Positions 1-10,129 are shown, numbered from the stretch's first letter. The stretch is 39,689 nucleotides of DNA from Octopus bimaculoides (GCF_001194135.2 NC_068993.1:64871818-64911506), one strand, 5' to 3'. Numbers and translations: made by a program. The notes: generated by a model not told the origin, from the sequence alone.

Positions 1-2741
1 GTTCGTACGTACGTACGTGCGTTCGTTCGTTTGTTCGTTCGTAATTACGTATGTACGTACGTACGTTTGCTCGTTCGATCGTTATTTTGTTCGTTCGTTC
101 GTTCATTCGAACGTACGTACGTTCGTTCGTTTGGACTTTCGTCCATTCGTTCGGTCTTTTGTTCGTTCGTTCGTTCGTTCATTCTTTGGTACGTACGTAC
201 GTACGTTCATTCGTCCGTTCTTCCTTTTGTTCGTTTGTTCTTTTGTTCGTTCGTTCCTTTGTTCGTTCTTTCGTTCGTTCATTTGTTCGTTTGTTTGTTT
301 CGTCGTTCATTTGTTCGTTTGTTTGTTTCGTTCGATAGTTCATTCGTACGTACGTACGTTCGGTCTTTCGTTCGGTCATTCGTATGTACGTTCGTTTGTT
401 TGTTTCCTTCGTTCGTTTGTTCCTTCTTTTGTTCTTTCATCCGTTCGTTAGTTTCGTTCGTTAGTTAGTTTCCTTCGTGCGTACCTACGTTCGTTCCATC
501 GTCCGGACGTACGTACGTACAAACGTTCATTCGTTCCTTCCTTCGTACGTTCTTTCGTACGTACGTACGTTCGTTCGATATTTCGTGCCTAAGTTTATAC
601 GTACGTACGTACGTTCGTTCGTTCGCCCTTACGTTCGTTCGTTCGGTCGTTAGTTCGTTTGTTCGTTCGTTCGTTGGTTCGTTTATTTGCACGTACGTAC
701 GTACGTTCGTTCTTTCGTTCCTTCATTCGGGCGTAGGTACGGTCGTCCGTTCGTTCTTTCGTTCATTCGTTCGTCCGTACGTACGTACATACGTACGTTT
801 CTTCGTACGTTCGTAATTACGTATGTACGTTCGTTCGTTCGTTCGTTCATTCGTTCTTACGTACGTACGTACGTTCGTTCGTTCGTTTGTTCATTCGTTC
901 GTCCGTTCTTACGTGCGTACGTTCGTTCGTTCATTCGTACTTACGTACGTTCGTTCTTTTGTTCCTACGTACGTTCGTTCGTTCGTACGTACGTTCGTTC
1001 ATTCATTCGATCGTTCTTTTGTTCGTTCGTTCGTTTGTACCTTCGTTTGTTCGTTCCTTCGTTTATTCATACGTACGTAAGTACTAACGTGAGTTCGTTC
1101 TTTCGTAAGTCTTTCTTACGTATGTTCGTTCGTTCTTTCTTTGGTACGTACGTCGTACATTCGTTCGTTCATTCCTTCGTTCTTTCGTTCGTTATTTTGT
1201 TCGTCCCTTCCTTCGTTCGTTCTTTCGTTCGTTCATTCGTTCATTTGTTCGTGTTTCGTTCGATAGTTCATTCGTATGTACGTACGTTCATTCGCACGTA
1301 CGTACGTTCGTTCTTTCGTTGCTTTGTTCGTACGTACCTACGTTCGTTCTTTAATTTGTACCTTCGTCCGTTCCTTCGTTCTTATGTTCGTTCGTTCGTT
1401 TGTTCCTAGGTACGTACGTACGTCAGTTCATTCGTTCGATAGTTCGTTCGTACGTACGTTTGTTATTACGAACGTTCGTTATTACGTATGTTCGTTCATT
1501 CGTTCTTAGTTACGTACGTTCTTACGTACATTAGTACGTTCATTCTTTCGTTCCTTCATCGGTTCGTTCGTTCGTTCGTTTCTTCGTACGTAAGTTCGTT
1601 CGTTTCTTCGCACGTACGTACGTACATTCCTTCGTTCGTTCGTAGGAAAGGTCGTTCGTTCGTTCGTTCTTTAGTTAGTTCGTTCATTCATTCGTTCGTC
1701 CGTCCGTACGTACATACGTACGTTTGTTCGTTCGTTCGTTTGAGTTTTCGTTCGTTCGCTCGCTTCGTAGTTCGTACGTTCGTTCTTTCGTATGTACGTA
1801 CCTACGTTCGTCCGTTCGTTCATTCGGTCATTCTTACGTACGTACGTAGGTACGTTCGTTCATTCGTACTTACGTACGTATGTACGTGCTTACGTTCGTT
1901 CGTATGTACGTTTGTTCGTTCGTTCATTCGTTCGACCGTTCGTTCTTCCGTCCGTTCGTTCGTTCGTTCGTACGGACGTACCTACGTTCGTTCGTTCGTT
2001 CCATCGTCCGGACGTACGTACGTACAAACGTTCATTCGTTCGTTCTTTCCTTCCTTCCTTCGTTCGTACGTACGTACGTTCGTTCGATATTTCGTGCCTA
2101 CGTTTATACGTTCGTTCGTTCGTTCTTTCGTTCATTCGATTATTCGTTCGTACGTACGTTCGTTCTTGGTTACGTACGTACATTCGTTCTTCATTCATCC
2201 GTTCGTTCGTACGTACGTACGTACGTACATTCGTTTGGTTGCTCGTACGTACGTACGTTCCTTCGTTCGTACGTACGTTCGTTCGTTCTTTCTTTAGTTC
2301 GTTTGTTCATTCGTTCTTTCTTTAGTTCGTTTGTTCATTCGTTCGTCCGTACGTACGTACATACGTACGTTTGTTCATTCGTTGGTACTTACGGATGTAA
2401 GTTACGTTCGTTCGTTCGTTCTTTCTTTCCTTCGTTCGTTCGTACGTACGTTCATTCGTTCATTCATTCGTTCTTACGTACGTACGTTCGATCGTTCGTT
2501 CGTTCGTTCTTTCGTATGTACGTTCGTTCGTTCGTTCGTACGTACGTACGTACGTTCGTTCGTTCATTCGTTTGTACATACGTACGTTCGTTCGTTAGTT
2601 TGTACCTTCGTCCGTTCGGTCGGTCTTTTGCTCGTTCGTTCGTATTTACGTACGTACGTGAGTTCATTCGTTCGTAAGATCTTTCTTACGTACGTTCGTT
2701 CATTCCTTCGTTCATTCTTTCGTTCGTACGTACGGACGTAC
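1..2741. repeat. CpG-dense satellite built from TTCG and TACG tetramers with higher-order sub-repeats; runs off the window start
   Basis: Continuous gttc/gtac units with variants ttca, tttg, tatg, taca. Diagnostic blocks recur, e.g. ccatcgtccggacg at 496 and 2001, and gatatttcgtgcct at 577 and 2086. Confidence 0.97.
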
Positions 2742-3046
2742 GGTTCGGCTTAGAGGCGTTCAGCCGTTATCGCTCAGAGGCAACCTGGCACCACCGCTCT
2801 ATCGAGCGAGCGCGCAAACTGTTGCTCTTATCCCGCAGTTCTTCTCGTACTGGACGGGATAGCCGTAGCCGAGTTGACGTTGCCGGCGCCCGCCTAGGCT
2901 CGGGCAGAAGCGTCGGCGGCAGCGACGAACAACGCGTGAGCGCACCGAACCCCGACGCGAATCGGCAGGATAAAACTAATCTGTCTAAACCCAGCTCACA
3001 TTCCCTGTTAGTGGGTGAACAATCCAACGCTTTACAAATTTTGCTT
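2742..3046 (-). pseudogene. 28S rRNA: 28S (LSU) rRNA fragment, domain V-VI including the sarcin-ricin loop; non-functional copy
   Basis: The plus strand matches the reverse complement of conserved eukaryotic LSU motifs (recalled): cttagaggcgttcag (2749), ttctcgtact SRL (2838-2851), taaaactaa..ctgtct (2971), aaacccagctcac.ttccc..tagtgggtgaacaatccaacgct (2987-3031). It has an 11-nt deletion in H93 and an SRL substitution. Confidence 0.93.
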
Positions 3047-3073
3047 GTTTATTTTGTCTTCGTCTTTGCTCTT

Positions 3074-3106
3074 TGACAAAATTCTGTGTTGCACAGAATT
3101 TTGTCA
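3074..3106. other. Perfect 15-bp inverted repeat with 3-nt loop
   Basis: tgacaaaattctgtg-ttg-cacagaattttgtca. Confidence 0.95.
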
Positions 3107-3232
3107 GGGAACAGGTCGCGGTCTCAACGCGACGAAAATATTTTGACACAAATTAGATTTAAATGTTGAAGTGAATCTAACGGTTTTTGTGTGTTATTTT
3201 AAATGGCTTATAAACACCTTCAACGCTGCAAT

Positions 3233-3273
<41 letters not shown>

Positions 3274-3299
3274 AACGAATTGTTTACACCATGTAGCTT

Positions 3300-3545
3300 T
3301 ACTGGTAAAGCACGGTCACTCTTTGAGTGATCGCTAGATATATAACAAATGAAAGACAGAAGGTGGAATACACGAGAAAGTTACGTTGTGCAACAGTCAT
3401 TTTAACGAGTTGTATTTATTTATTTTTCACCCGATTAGATACATCTGTACCACCGGATACTCCTAACCAGTTGTTGAGTGTCCCACCCAAGAGGAATCGA
3501 TACTAGATGTGTCGAAACAATTGTCGTGATTAATAATAAATTCTC
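3300..3545 (+). mobile_element. Possible Penelope-like element terminal-repeat remnant with a degenerate minimal hammerhead motif
   Basis: cac-ccaaga-g...c-GAAA-c-aatt-g-TC-gtg at 3484-3528, followed by aataataaa. The core CTGANGA is damaged. Confidence 0.35.
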
Positions 3546-3619
3546 GTATATTTTATCTTCTCTCTTTTATGTGTTATATGTAAACATGTGTGTGCATGCA
3601 TATGCATGTATGTACGTAC

Positions 3620-3622
<3 letters not shown>

Positions 3623-3695
<73 letters not shown>
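3623..3695. repeat. (TA)n microsatellite, representative of many (TA)n/(CA)n/(TG)n tracts across the window
   Basis: Direct reading. Similar tracts lie at about 3232-3272, 14105-14225, 14545-14590, 15340-16260, 16820-17145, 18180-18620, 31975-32095, 34280-34345 and 38490-38800. Confidence 0.95.
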
Positions 3696-3698
<3 letters not shown>

Positions 3699-3993
3699 CC
3701 ACTTCCTGAGTATTTCCAGCTAAGTATAGCATCCTTCTTTGCGAAAGAAACTGAATAAGTTGAACCAACCCTATCATTGATTCACTTATTGATTTTGCAT
3801 CATGTCTGTTTACCAAAAACTTTATGTAGTTAACACTGCTGGAGGTAATTCTTTTAACTGTTGTTTCTTGATTTCGAATATTTATGAGGGCGATTCTGTT
3901 TATTAATTGTAAAGATTATGTAAGTTTATCAACTCACTATATTGCATATGTGAGGCCATCATATTTATATTATATCCGTCTTTCTATTTCCAG

Positions 3994-4146
3994 GGCCTAC
4001 AGAATACGACGTTCTACTAGGAAAATGGTGCGGAGATGATCAACCAAAATTTGTAACGTCTAGCCGAGATATGTTAGTCGTTTTCCATACTAATTCTACT
4101 GCAGAACATACGGGCTTTTTAGCATCTTACCATACACAATTGCAGT
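3994..4146 (+). CDS. Internal exon (phase 1-1) encoding the C-terminal half of a CUB domain
   Basis: Acceptor tttctatttccag| and donor |gtaaga. The 153-nt exon reads (G)PTEYDVLLGKWCGDDQPKFVTSSRDMLVVFHTNSTAEHTGFLASYHTQLQ, matching the CUB pattern G.LLGKWCG..P..SS..MLV.F.T......GF.A.Y. It is too short to appear in the ORF track. Confidence 0.88.
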
Positions 4147-4509
4147 GTAAGATACTTTTATAACTTTATGAATATAAATACATACATTCTTGTACATATA
4201 TATGCGTACACACACATATACATACATACATACATACATAATATTGTACTTTACACTCTAAGTAACTAAGATATAAACTGCAGCATAGAATGGGAGTTAA
4301 AGGAAGTTTACCAAAAGCCGCACCAACCTTGGTATTTAATGTAACGAAATTTGGTATCTGCCTGGATATTATATCTCTCCTCTTACTATATAGATACAGA
4401 GAGAGTTATGTAGTTATTGCCGGTTCATAGTGTTACGCAGGGTTTCGCGTCCACAAAATGCTTGGCCTTACAAATACCACGTCAGATACTAATGGACGGT
4501 GGCCAATAA

Positions 4510-4640
4510 CTTCTCTTCAAAATGGAAGGAGAAAATCCCTCGTGGCTAGTTTTTGAACACACAAATGAGAAAGGTGAAGCGCAAAGGATTGTCTCTTTTA
4601 GACAACTATCCGGAATACACCCAGTCAAATTGCAGATCCA
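4510..4640 (+). mobile_element. Possible decayed pogo/Tigger DDE transposase fragment
   Basis: One frame reads FLNTQMRKVKRKGLSLLDNYPEY, resembling the pogo motif (L..QMRKQ.RKILLLLDN.P.H). The flanking motifs are unconvincing. Confidence 0.25.
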
Positions 4641-5467
4641 AAGATTTCTATAGAAATAGTCGGTGGTGTAAGAGGGTCCGAAGACTTCAGTCCTCGAATT
4701 TAAGATGTTTCCCGGGTTGAGGGAGTTGTTTAATATCCCTGCGTGCAACGTTTGCTCCCGCTAATGTAGGGACCCGTATATGAATGCATCTTCCAATGCG
4801 TTAATTACATAGAAGACATATTTGTATGCAAAACGTCATAACTTACAGTACTGGCTCTGAATTCTACAGAAAATATATTGGGATAAATTGAAAAATGAGT
4901 ATATTCTTTTGTATATGGTGAGTTTCTGTGCTCAGCTTAGTAATTATTAATCGTCAGCAAAACTCTTGCATATAAGCTAATTAGACAGAGCTCCCACTTC
5001 TGTCAAAGATGCATAATGAGGAACAAATCTAAGCAGACAACGGGTTTCTGTGTTGCTACGTGGCTGGCTAGAAATAGCAACCTATTTTTTCATTAGTCTT
5101 CTAACCTTTGAAGAAATAGAAAGACACATTCTAAGCTATCTTTGCATTATCTAAAGAAGGGATTAGTTAAGGTTGAGACAACTCCCATAATTGATCTGCC
5201 CACTCACAGATGACCTGGAGCAGACAGCAACTCTCACTTTTAAATTGAATATATATATATATATATATATAGTTAAAACAATGCTTTCAGATATTTCCTA
5301 TTCTGTTTTTTTTGTTTTCATTGTTGTGGTTGTTCTTACCTTTTATATTGATACAATGCTGATTGTTAAGTTACAGTTGCTAACGATGTTGTTATTGTTA
5401 TCCTTGTCATAATCGTTTATTTTTGTTATGTTAGTCCCTATTTCTTCTTAGTAGTAGCAGTAAAGAC

Positions 5468-5650
5468 AGTGAGCTGGCAGAATCAGTAGCACGCTGGTCG
5501 AAATGCTTAGCTGTATTTCACCCATCGCAATATTCTGAGTTCAAGTTCCATCGGGGTCAACTTCACCTTTCATTCTTTCGAGGTCGATAAATTATGTACC
5601 AGTGAAACATTGGGGAGGGGGGGGCGATGTAAATTTCAGGCCTTTATTAT
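5468..5650 (+). mobile_element. tRNA-headed SINE, family A
   Basis: Head gagctggcagaatc.tagcac, B-box gagttcaagttc, body ttcattctttcgaggtcgataaatta.gtaccag. About 14 related copies occur in the window. Confidence 0.9.
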
Positions 5651-5972
5651 ATTAAATCTCACAGATTATATTGCTTGCTATGATGGAAAGGGGGTCAGCT
5701 GTCCACAGCCAGCAGTCTAAGGTGACATTTGTTTTACTTGTCATGCTTCAACAATCCTGAGAAGAATTCTTGCAGTTCAAAGCAATGCTGATTTTTGTAG
5801 ATGTTCTACCTTCACACTTGCACCGATCTTTCTCAGCCATGTTGGCAGTTGAGTGTTGATACTTCCAAGTGCACCAATTACTATTGGTATCGCATCCTCC
5901 CTCTTCATTGACCACAACCTTCTTATTTCCCACTTCAAATCATCATAGTTGTTTATTTTTTCTTCTTCTTCC
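5651..5972 (-). mobile_element. R4/Dong-type non-LTR retrotransposon 3' fragment (RLE-domain end plus 3'UTR)
   Basis: EEKINNYDDLKWEIRRLWSMKREDAIPIVIGALGS..VEHLQKSALL*TARILLRIV matches the Dong/R4 C-terminus. The UTR ends in a degenerate taatataataa. Confidence 0.85.
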
Positions 5973-5975
5973 ACA

Positions 5976-6116
5976 TTGATAGAATAAGCAGCAGGCTTAC
6001 AGGGAATAAGTCCAGGGGTCAATTTCTTCGACTAAAGGGGGCTGCTCCAGCATGGCCACCGTCAAAACAAGTAAAAGAATAACAATGACTGAAACGAGTA
6101 AAAGAATAAAAGAATA
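5976..6116 (+). mobile_element. SINE family B, 3' portion
   Basis: gaataagtccaggggtc..cgactaaagg..tccagcatggcc..actgaaacgagtaaaagaata matches the tail of the full copy at 38087-38491. Confidence 0.8.
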
Positions 6117-6251
6117 CCAGAAGAACGTTCCATTCCACTAAACCAAGGAGGTTCTTAGAATATGTCCGATGTATTCTAAGGTTAAATAGTAATTCGGTTA
6201 TCGGTTTTACACTTCTTTCTATATTTTGTAACTGTCACAATATATTTTTCT

Positions 6252-6393
6252 AGGCCTGAAATTTTTGTGGGGAAGGGGTCAGTTGATTAGGTCAACGCCA
6301 GTACACAACTGGTACTTAATTTATCGTTCTCCAAAGGACGAAAGGCAAAGTCGACTTCGGCAGAATTTGAACTCAGAACGTAAAGACAGACGG
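6252..6393 (-). mobile_element. SINE family A, 5'-truncated
   Basis: Reverse complement of the family A body (gaaaggcaaagtcgacttcggcagaatttgaactcagaacg). Confidence 0.88.
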
Positions 6394-6619
6394 TCATAAT
6401 ATACAAACATTTCTCATGGCACCTGTACACTGTTTACAGATGCTTACATTTTTAATGTTTCCGTGAATTTTTCACGGGTCCAGCTCGTTATTATCATTAT
6501 TATTATAACATATGGTAAACTGTTAAGAAATCATAATAATCACCAGGGATGAATATAACATGCAGAAAGTGAAAGGGAATTTAACTGAGAGAAAAGACAG
6601 AGACAAAGAGAGAGAGAGA

Positions 6620-7100
6620 GAAATGAATGTGCCAGGCATCGACTTCAAGAGTAACACTATAGTTGTAGCTATGGTGGTATCCACAGACGACATTAAAGAA
6701 AAGAGAGTTTGATGTCTGCTTTGAACCAAATTGCTGATACTGAAGAAAAACGCTTAACAACAAAAACAAGAACGAAACCAGAAAAGAAACTGCATCTACT
6801 TCTGTGATCAGCAGTAAAGAAATCTCACTCAAGGAAGAATATTTAGAAATACGTGACATCACATGCCTCAGATTCATGAAACCTCCAATTGCAAAGGGAC
6901 AGAGAACCTCCAAAAATGTCATTGTTAATAAATGCATAATGAGAAAAGTAAGAAAAATGATGTATTCCAATCCAGCAGCAGGAAGGCAGATCCACACGAG
7001 GATACATAACAGGAGTTTAGCAGTTTCCCTTGATTACATTTTTCATCCATTTTACTCCTCTGGCAATAGATTCTCTGTTTCCAAAATATTATCTGCTATG
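6620..7100 (+). mobile_element. Degenerate retroelement-like coding remnant, clade unassigned
   Basis: Broken K/E-rich frames (NQIADTEEKRLTTKTRTKPEKKLHLL; KEEYLEIRDITCLRFMKPPIAK) recall LINE/Penelope N-terminal regions. No catalytic motif is visible. Confidence 0.25.
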
Positions 7101-7159
7101 AGACAAATTAATCATTTCCAGAGTAAATAATTAAGCAATTAATGGGTCTAAAATTGCTG

Positions 7160-7450
7160 ACTTACTCTCTCTTTTCTTTGTCCTTCTGTATCAACACTGC
7201 CCTTGCTTTTGTCATCCATGTTGCTGTTCCATTTTCTATGCAGAAAAATAAAAGATAGTCATATATAATGGTGTATACTTGGGAGATTAGGGAACCAGAA
7301 ACCCTGGACGCCATCTGGTCGAGGGCTTTCCTGTTTGGTATTTTCTTGATAATCTCTTTTACATTCTTATTCATGATTGTTGTATTCTCTTGTTTCCTCC
7401 ATTTCTCTTTCAAATTCTTGTTACCAACTTCAATTTTCATGTTAGACATC
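7160..7450 (-). mobile_element. R4/Dong-type LINE fragment, start of RT domain
   Basis: VKEIIKKIPNRKA/(PGPDGV.G.W)...TATWMTKARAVLIQKD matches KAPGPDG...PEWMT.GRT.LI.KD with a frameshift. Confidence 0.8.
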
Positions 7451-7461
7451 TTTGTGACGGT

Positions 7462-7690
7462 GGTGGCAAGTTGGCAGAACTTATGCTGAACAAAATGCTT
7501 AGCAGTATTTCATCCAGCTTTATGTTCAGAGTTCAAATTCTACCAGGGTCAACTTTGATTTTCATCCTTTCGAGGTCAATGAAATAAGTACCAGTTGAGC
7601 ACTGGGTCGATGTAATTGACTTAACCCCTCCCCACAAATTTCAGGTTTTATGCCTATAGTAGAAAGGATTGTTGTTGCTATTTTTATTGT
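7462..7690 (+). mobile_element. SINE family A
   Basis: Head, B-box gagttcaaattc, and tail tgcctatagtagaaaggattgttgtt. Confidence 0.9.
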
Positions 7691-7692
7691 TC

Positions 7693-7910
7693 GACTTGGC
7701 AGAATCATTGGTAAAATGAGCAAAATATCTTGTGATTCAGTTTTGGCCCTTTATGATCTGAGTTCAAATCCTCTCAAACTCAAACTTTACCCCCCATCCC
7801 CACAGATTCAATGAAATAAAGTACCAGTGAGATTCTGGGGTTGATTCAATAGACTAAACCCTGCACCAGAAAACAACTGGTCTGTAGCTTGTGGCAGAAA
7901 CATTTCATTT
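7693..7910 (+). mobile_element. SINE family A, diverged tandem copy
   Basis: ttggcagaatcatt..ctgagttcaaatcc..aaataaagtaccagt directly after the previous copy's tail. Confidence 0.75.
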
Positions 7911-8242
7911 AAAAACCATTGTCGTATTTGCTTCAGTTCTTAACATTCTGAGTTTTTCCATCTTCAATAAAATAAAGAAAGAAAAAACCAAGCACAGAAA
8001 ATGATATCATTGAGTGTCCTCTCCTCAGAAATTTGGGAATTTCTGTCTAGTTTAGAAACAATAATTATTTCTGTCCCACTATTATTATTATTATTATTAT
8101 TATAAATGACATTACTTTTGTTATTAATATTGTTAGTTGTGTTTTTTTTGTTATTGTTTCTATGGTTACTGTTATAATTTTTATTACTGTTGAAATTTCT
8201 CAATGATGTTTCTTTCATTCTCTTTTTTTTTTCCAAACACAG

Positions 8243-8469
8243 CCTCCAGATTTAAACATCCAAACCACATTTGGTTGTGCATCGCCCTGCTTATTCTCAT
8301 TATTCTTGTGGGCTGCTTCCTCCTGGGCCGTTATTTATTTAGGAAATATGGTCATCACCAGTGGTCAGGCAAAGGAAACAAGGGCACAGAGTCCATGGGC
8401 AGCAGAATGGATATCTATGACCATGCCTCCACTAGCGTGTCCATGAAGTCTCTTTTAGAAACTTTCTGA
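8243..8469 (+). CDS. Terminal exon: short stalk, transmembrane helix and ~42-aa cytoplasmic tail of a type I membrane protein (probably the same gene as the CUB exon)
   Basis: Polypyrimidine tract plus acacag| acceptor, phase 1. It reads SRFKHPNH-IWLCIALLILIILVGCFLLGRYLF-RKYGHH..SMKSLLETF*, with a positive-inside RK after the TM. It joins exon 3994-4146 in frame (t|cc = Ser). Confidence 0.75.
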
Positions 8470-8549
8470 AATAACCAACAAGCCAGGCATTCAAGTTGCC
8501 CTCAACAACTTTATCAAACTACGAGGATTTGATTCTTATATATATATAT

Positions 8550-8910
8550 ATATATATATGTATATAATTATTATAATAATAATGATGATAAGGATGATTA
8601 TAATAATAATAATGATAATTATAAGGATGAGGACACAAAAACATATTTACATCTTTTTCATTTTTTATTTTTTATATATATTTCTGAAAAATATATGGTC
8701 CATATTCAATAAGAGGAGGAGGGAAAAATTTTACTAACATTATTATGATCATTATTATTATTATTGTTGTTGTTGTTGTCATTATCTATATTTTTATCAT
8801 AATAATAATATTAGTATTTTATTATTACTAAAATCAATATTTTATAATAATAATTATAATAATGATAATTATCATCATTATTAATATTATCATTATTATT
8901 ACTATCATCA
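8550..8910. repeat. Low-complexity (AAT/ATT/ATC)n region, probably 3'UTR or downstream
   Basis: Direct reading of trinucleotide-rich tracts. Confidence 0.85.
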
Positions 8911-10129
8911 ATATTTCATTTTCCTTTTCATTTTATCATGCAATGAGAACAAATCAATATATTCCTATATTGTTGCTCTTTTTTCTTTCTCCTTTTATGT
9001 TACTTTTATTTTTGATTTTTTGATTCATTAATCTGTTCAGCCATGTTTAAAGAGTCCAGGTCTCTCCTTTTTAAAATAGATCAATGTAATTTTATGTCTG
9101 ACAGTAACAAGAACAACAAACAGAATTGCTTTATCTTCTTGATGATAAACCAGCTCTACAAAGTTAATGATGATAAAGTTCTTGTTATGATGGTGATGAT
9201 GATGATGATACAACGATGATGACATCGATGGTGACAACAACAGTGGTGATGATGATGCCAGTGATGTCAACAGCAGTGATGACAACGATGATGGTTAAAA
9301 TAAGGATAATACTACATCAAAGCCTAACCTGTTGTAGTTATAAACTCAAAATATATAATATTATTTTACAGAATAGAAATATTATAGACAGATAGCATAA
9401 AAGTGAAGCATTTCATCCTTAATATCTGTCAGCTTTACACTAACTAGCATTTATATTGATATGTATATGTTTGTATAATCATAAATAACTTTACACGCAT
9501 TTATCTACATTGTACTTACATACACATATAAACAGATGTACATGTCTAATCCCACACATACATGCAAGACTAACCAGTGTTTCTCTGTTAGAAGCCAGCC
9601 TAGGAAGAGTCTAAGTATTTCAAAAATGAGGTATACATATGTATAATGTATCATAGTAGTAGTAGAAGACAACGCGTGTTTAACATCCTAATTTATGTAA
9701 ACAAGGTATTTTCCTATGAAAGTACTCAAATATATTGTATTAAGTTACAAAGCTTAAGAAGTTAGATGAAGTATCATTAGTCAAGAAACTGACTTTATAT
9801 TTGGAATCAGTCTAACGTCAGAAAGCAACATAAAACTAAAGAATGAAAGAGAGAAATGGAAAGAGAGAGAGAGTGTGTGTGTGTGTGATGGTGAGAGAAT
9901 ACATGCATGTATGTATTCTTGCAGAAACTATAACTGTATGAACAACAGTTGGCTCACGAAAGAGCCCTAATGTCATTGGGAACGATTTTAATATTGTTAG
10001 AAAACAGTGCAACCCAAAGAAATGAATAGAAGTCTATTTATTATTTGCCAGATAAAAAGAAAGAAAATTTCTCTGAGAAAGCAAAGAAGAATTCTTACAT
10101 TTCTCACTGAGCTATTCCAAATATTACTG

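Noticed and set aside
1-2741. Satellite as telomeric repeat or CRISPR array
   Set aside because: It is not TTAGGG-like, has no constant repeat with unique spacers, and the context is eukaryotic.
17-2753. Many long overlapping ORFs (RSFVRSFV / TNERTNER)
   Set aside because: These are translations of the TTCG/TACG satellite, which lacks stop codons. They have no domain content or splice signals.
2767-3076. ORFs 2767-3027 (-) and 2822-3076 (+)
   Set aside because: Both are incidental frames across the GC-rich rRNA fragment.
3800-3935. Possible upstream CUB exon (NCKDYV; donor gattat|gtaagt)
   Set aside because: There is an in-frame stop shortly upstream, the phase does not match the 3994 acceptor, and no SPNYP/W-I motif is present.
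4870-4917. Mini-exon candidate KIYWDKLKNEYILLYM with a gtgagt donor
   Set aside because: It is phase 0-0 and incompatible with the phase-1 neighbours; joining it to 4146 creates TAA.
9037-9220. Exon candidates on both strands (plus ctgttcag|ccATG..; minus tttgtag|agctgg..HG*)
   Set aside because: The peptides are unrecognisable and no partner exons were found. The minus candidate is mentioned only as a lead in the CpG-domain finding.
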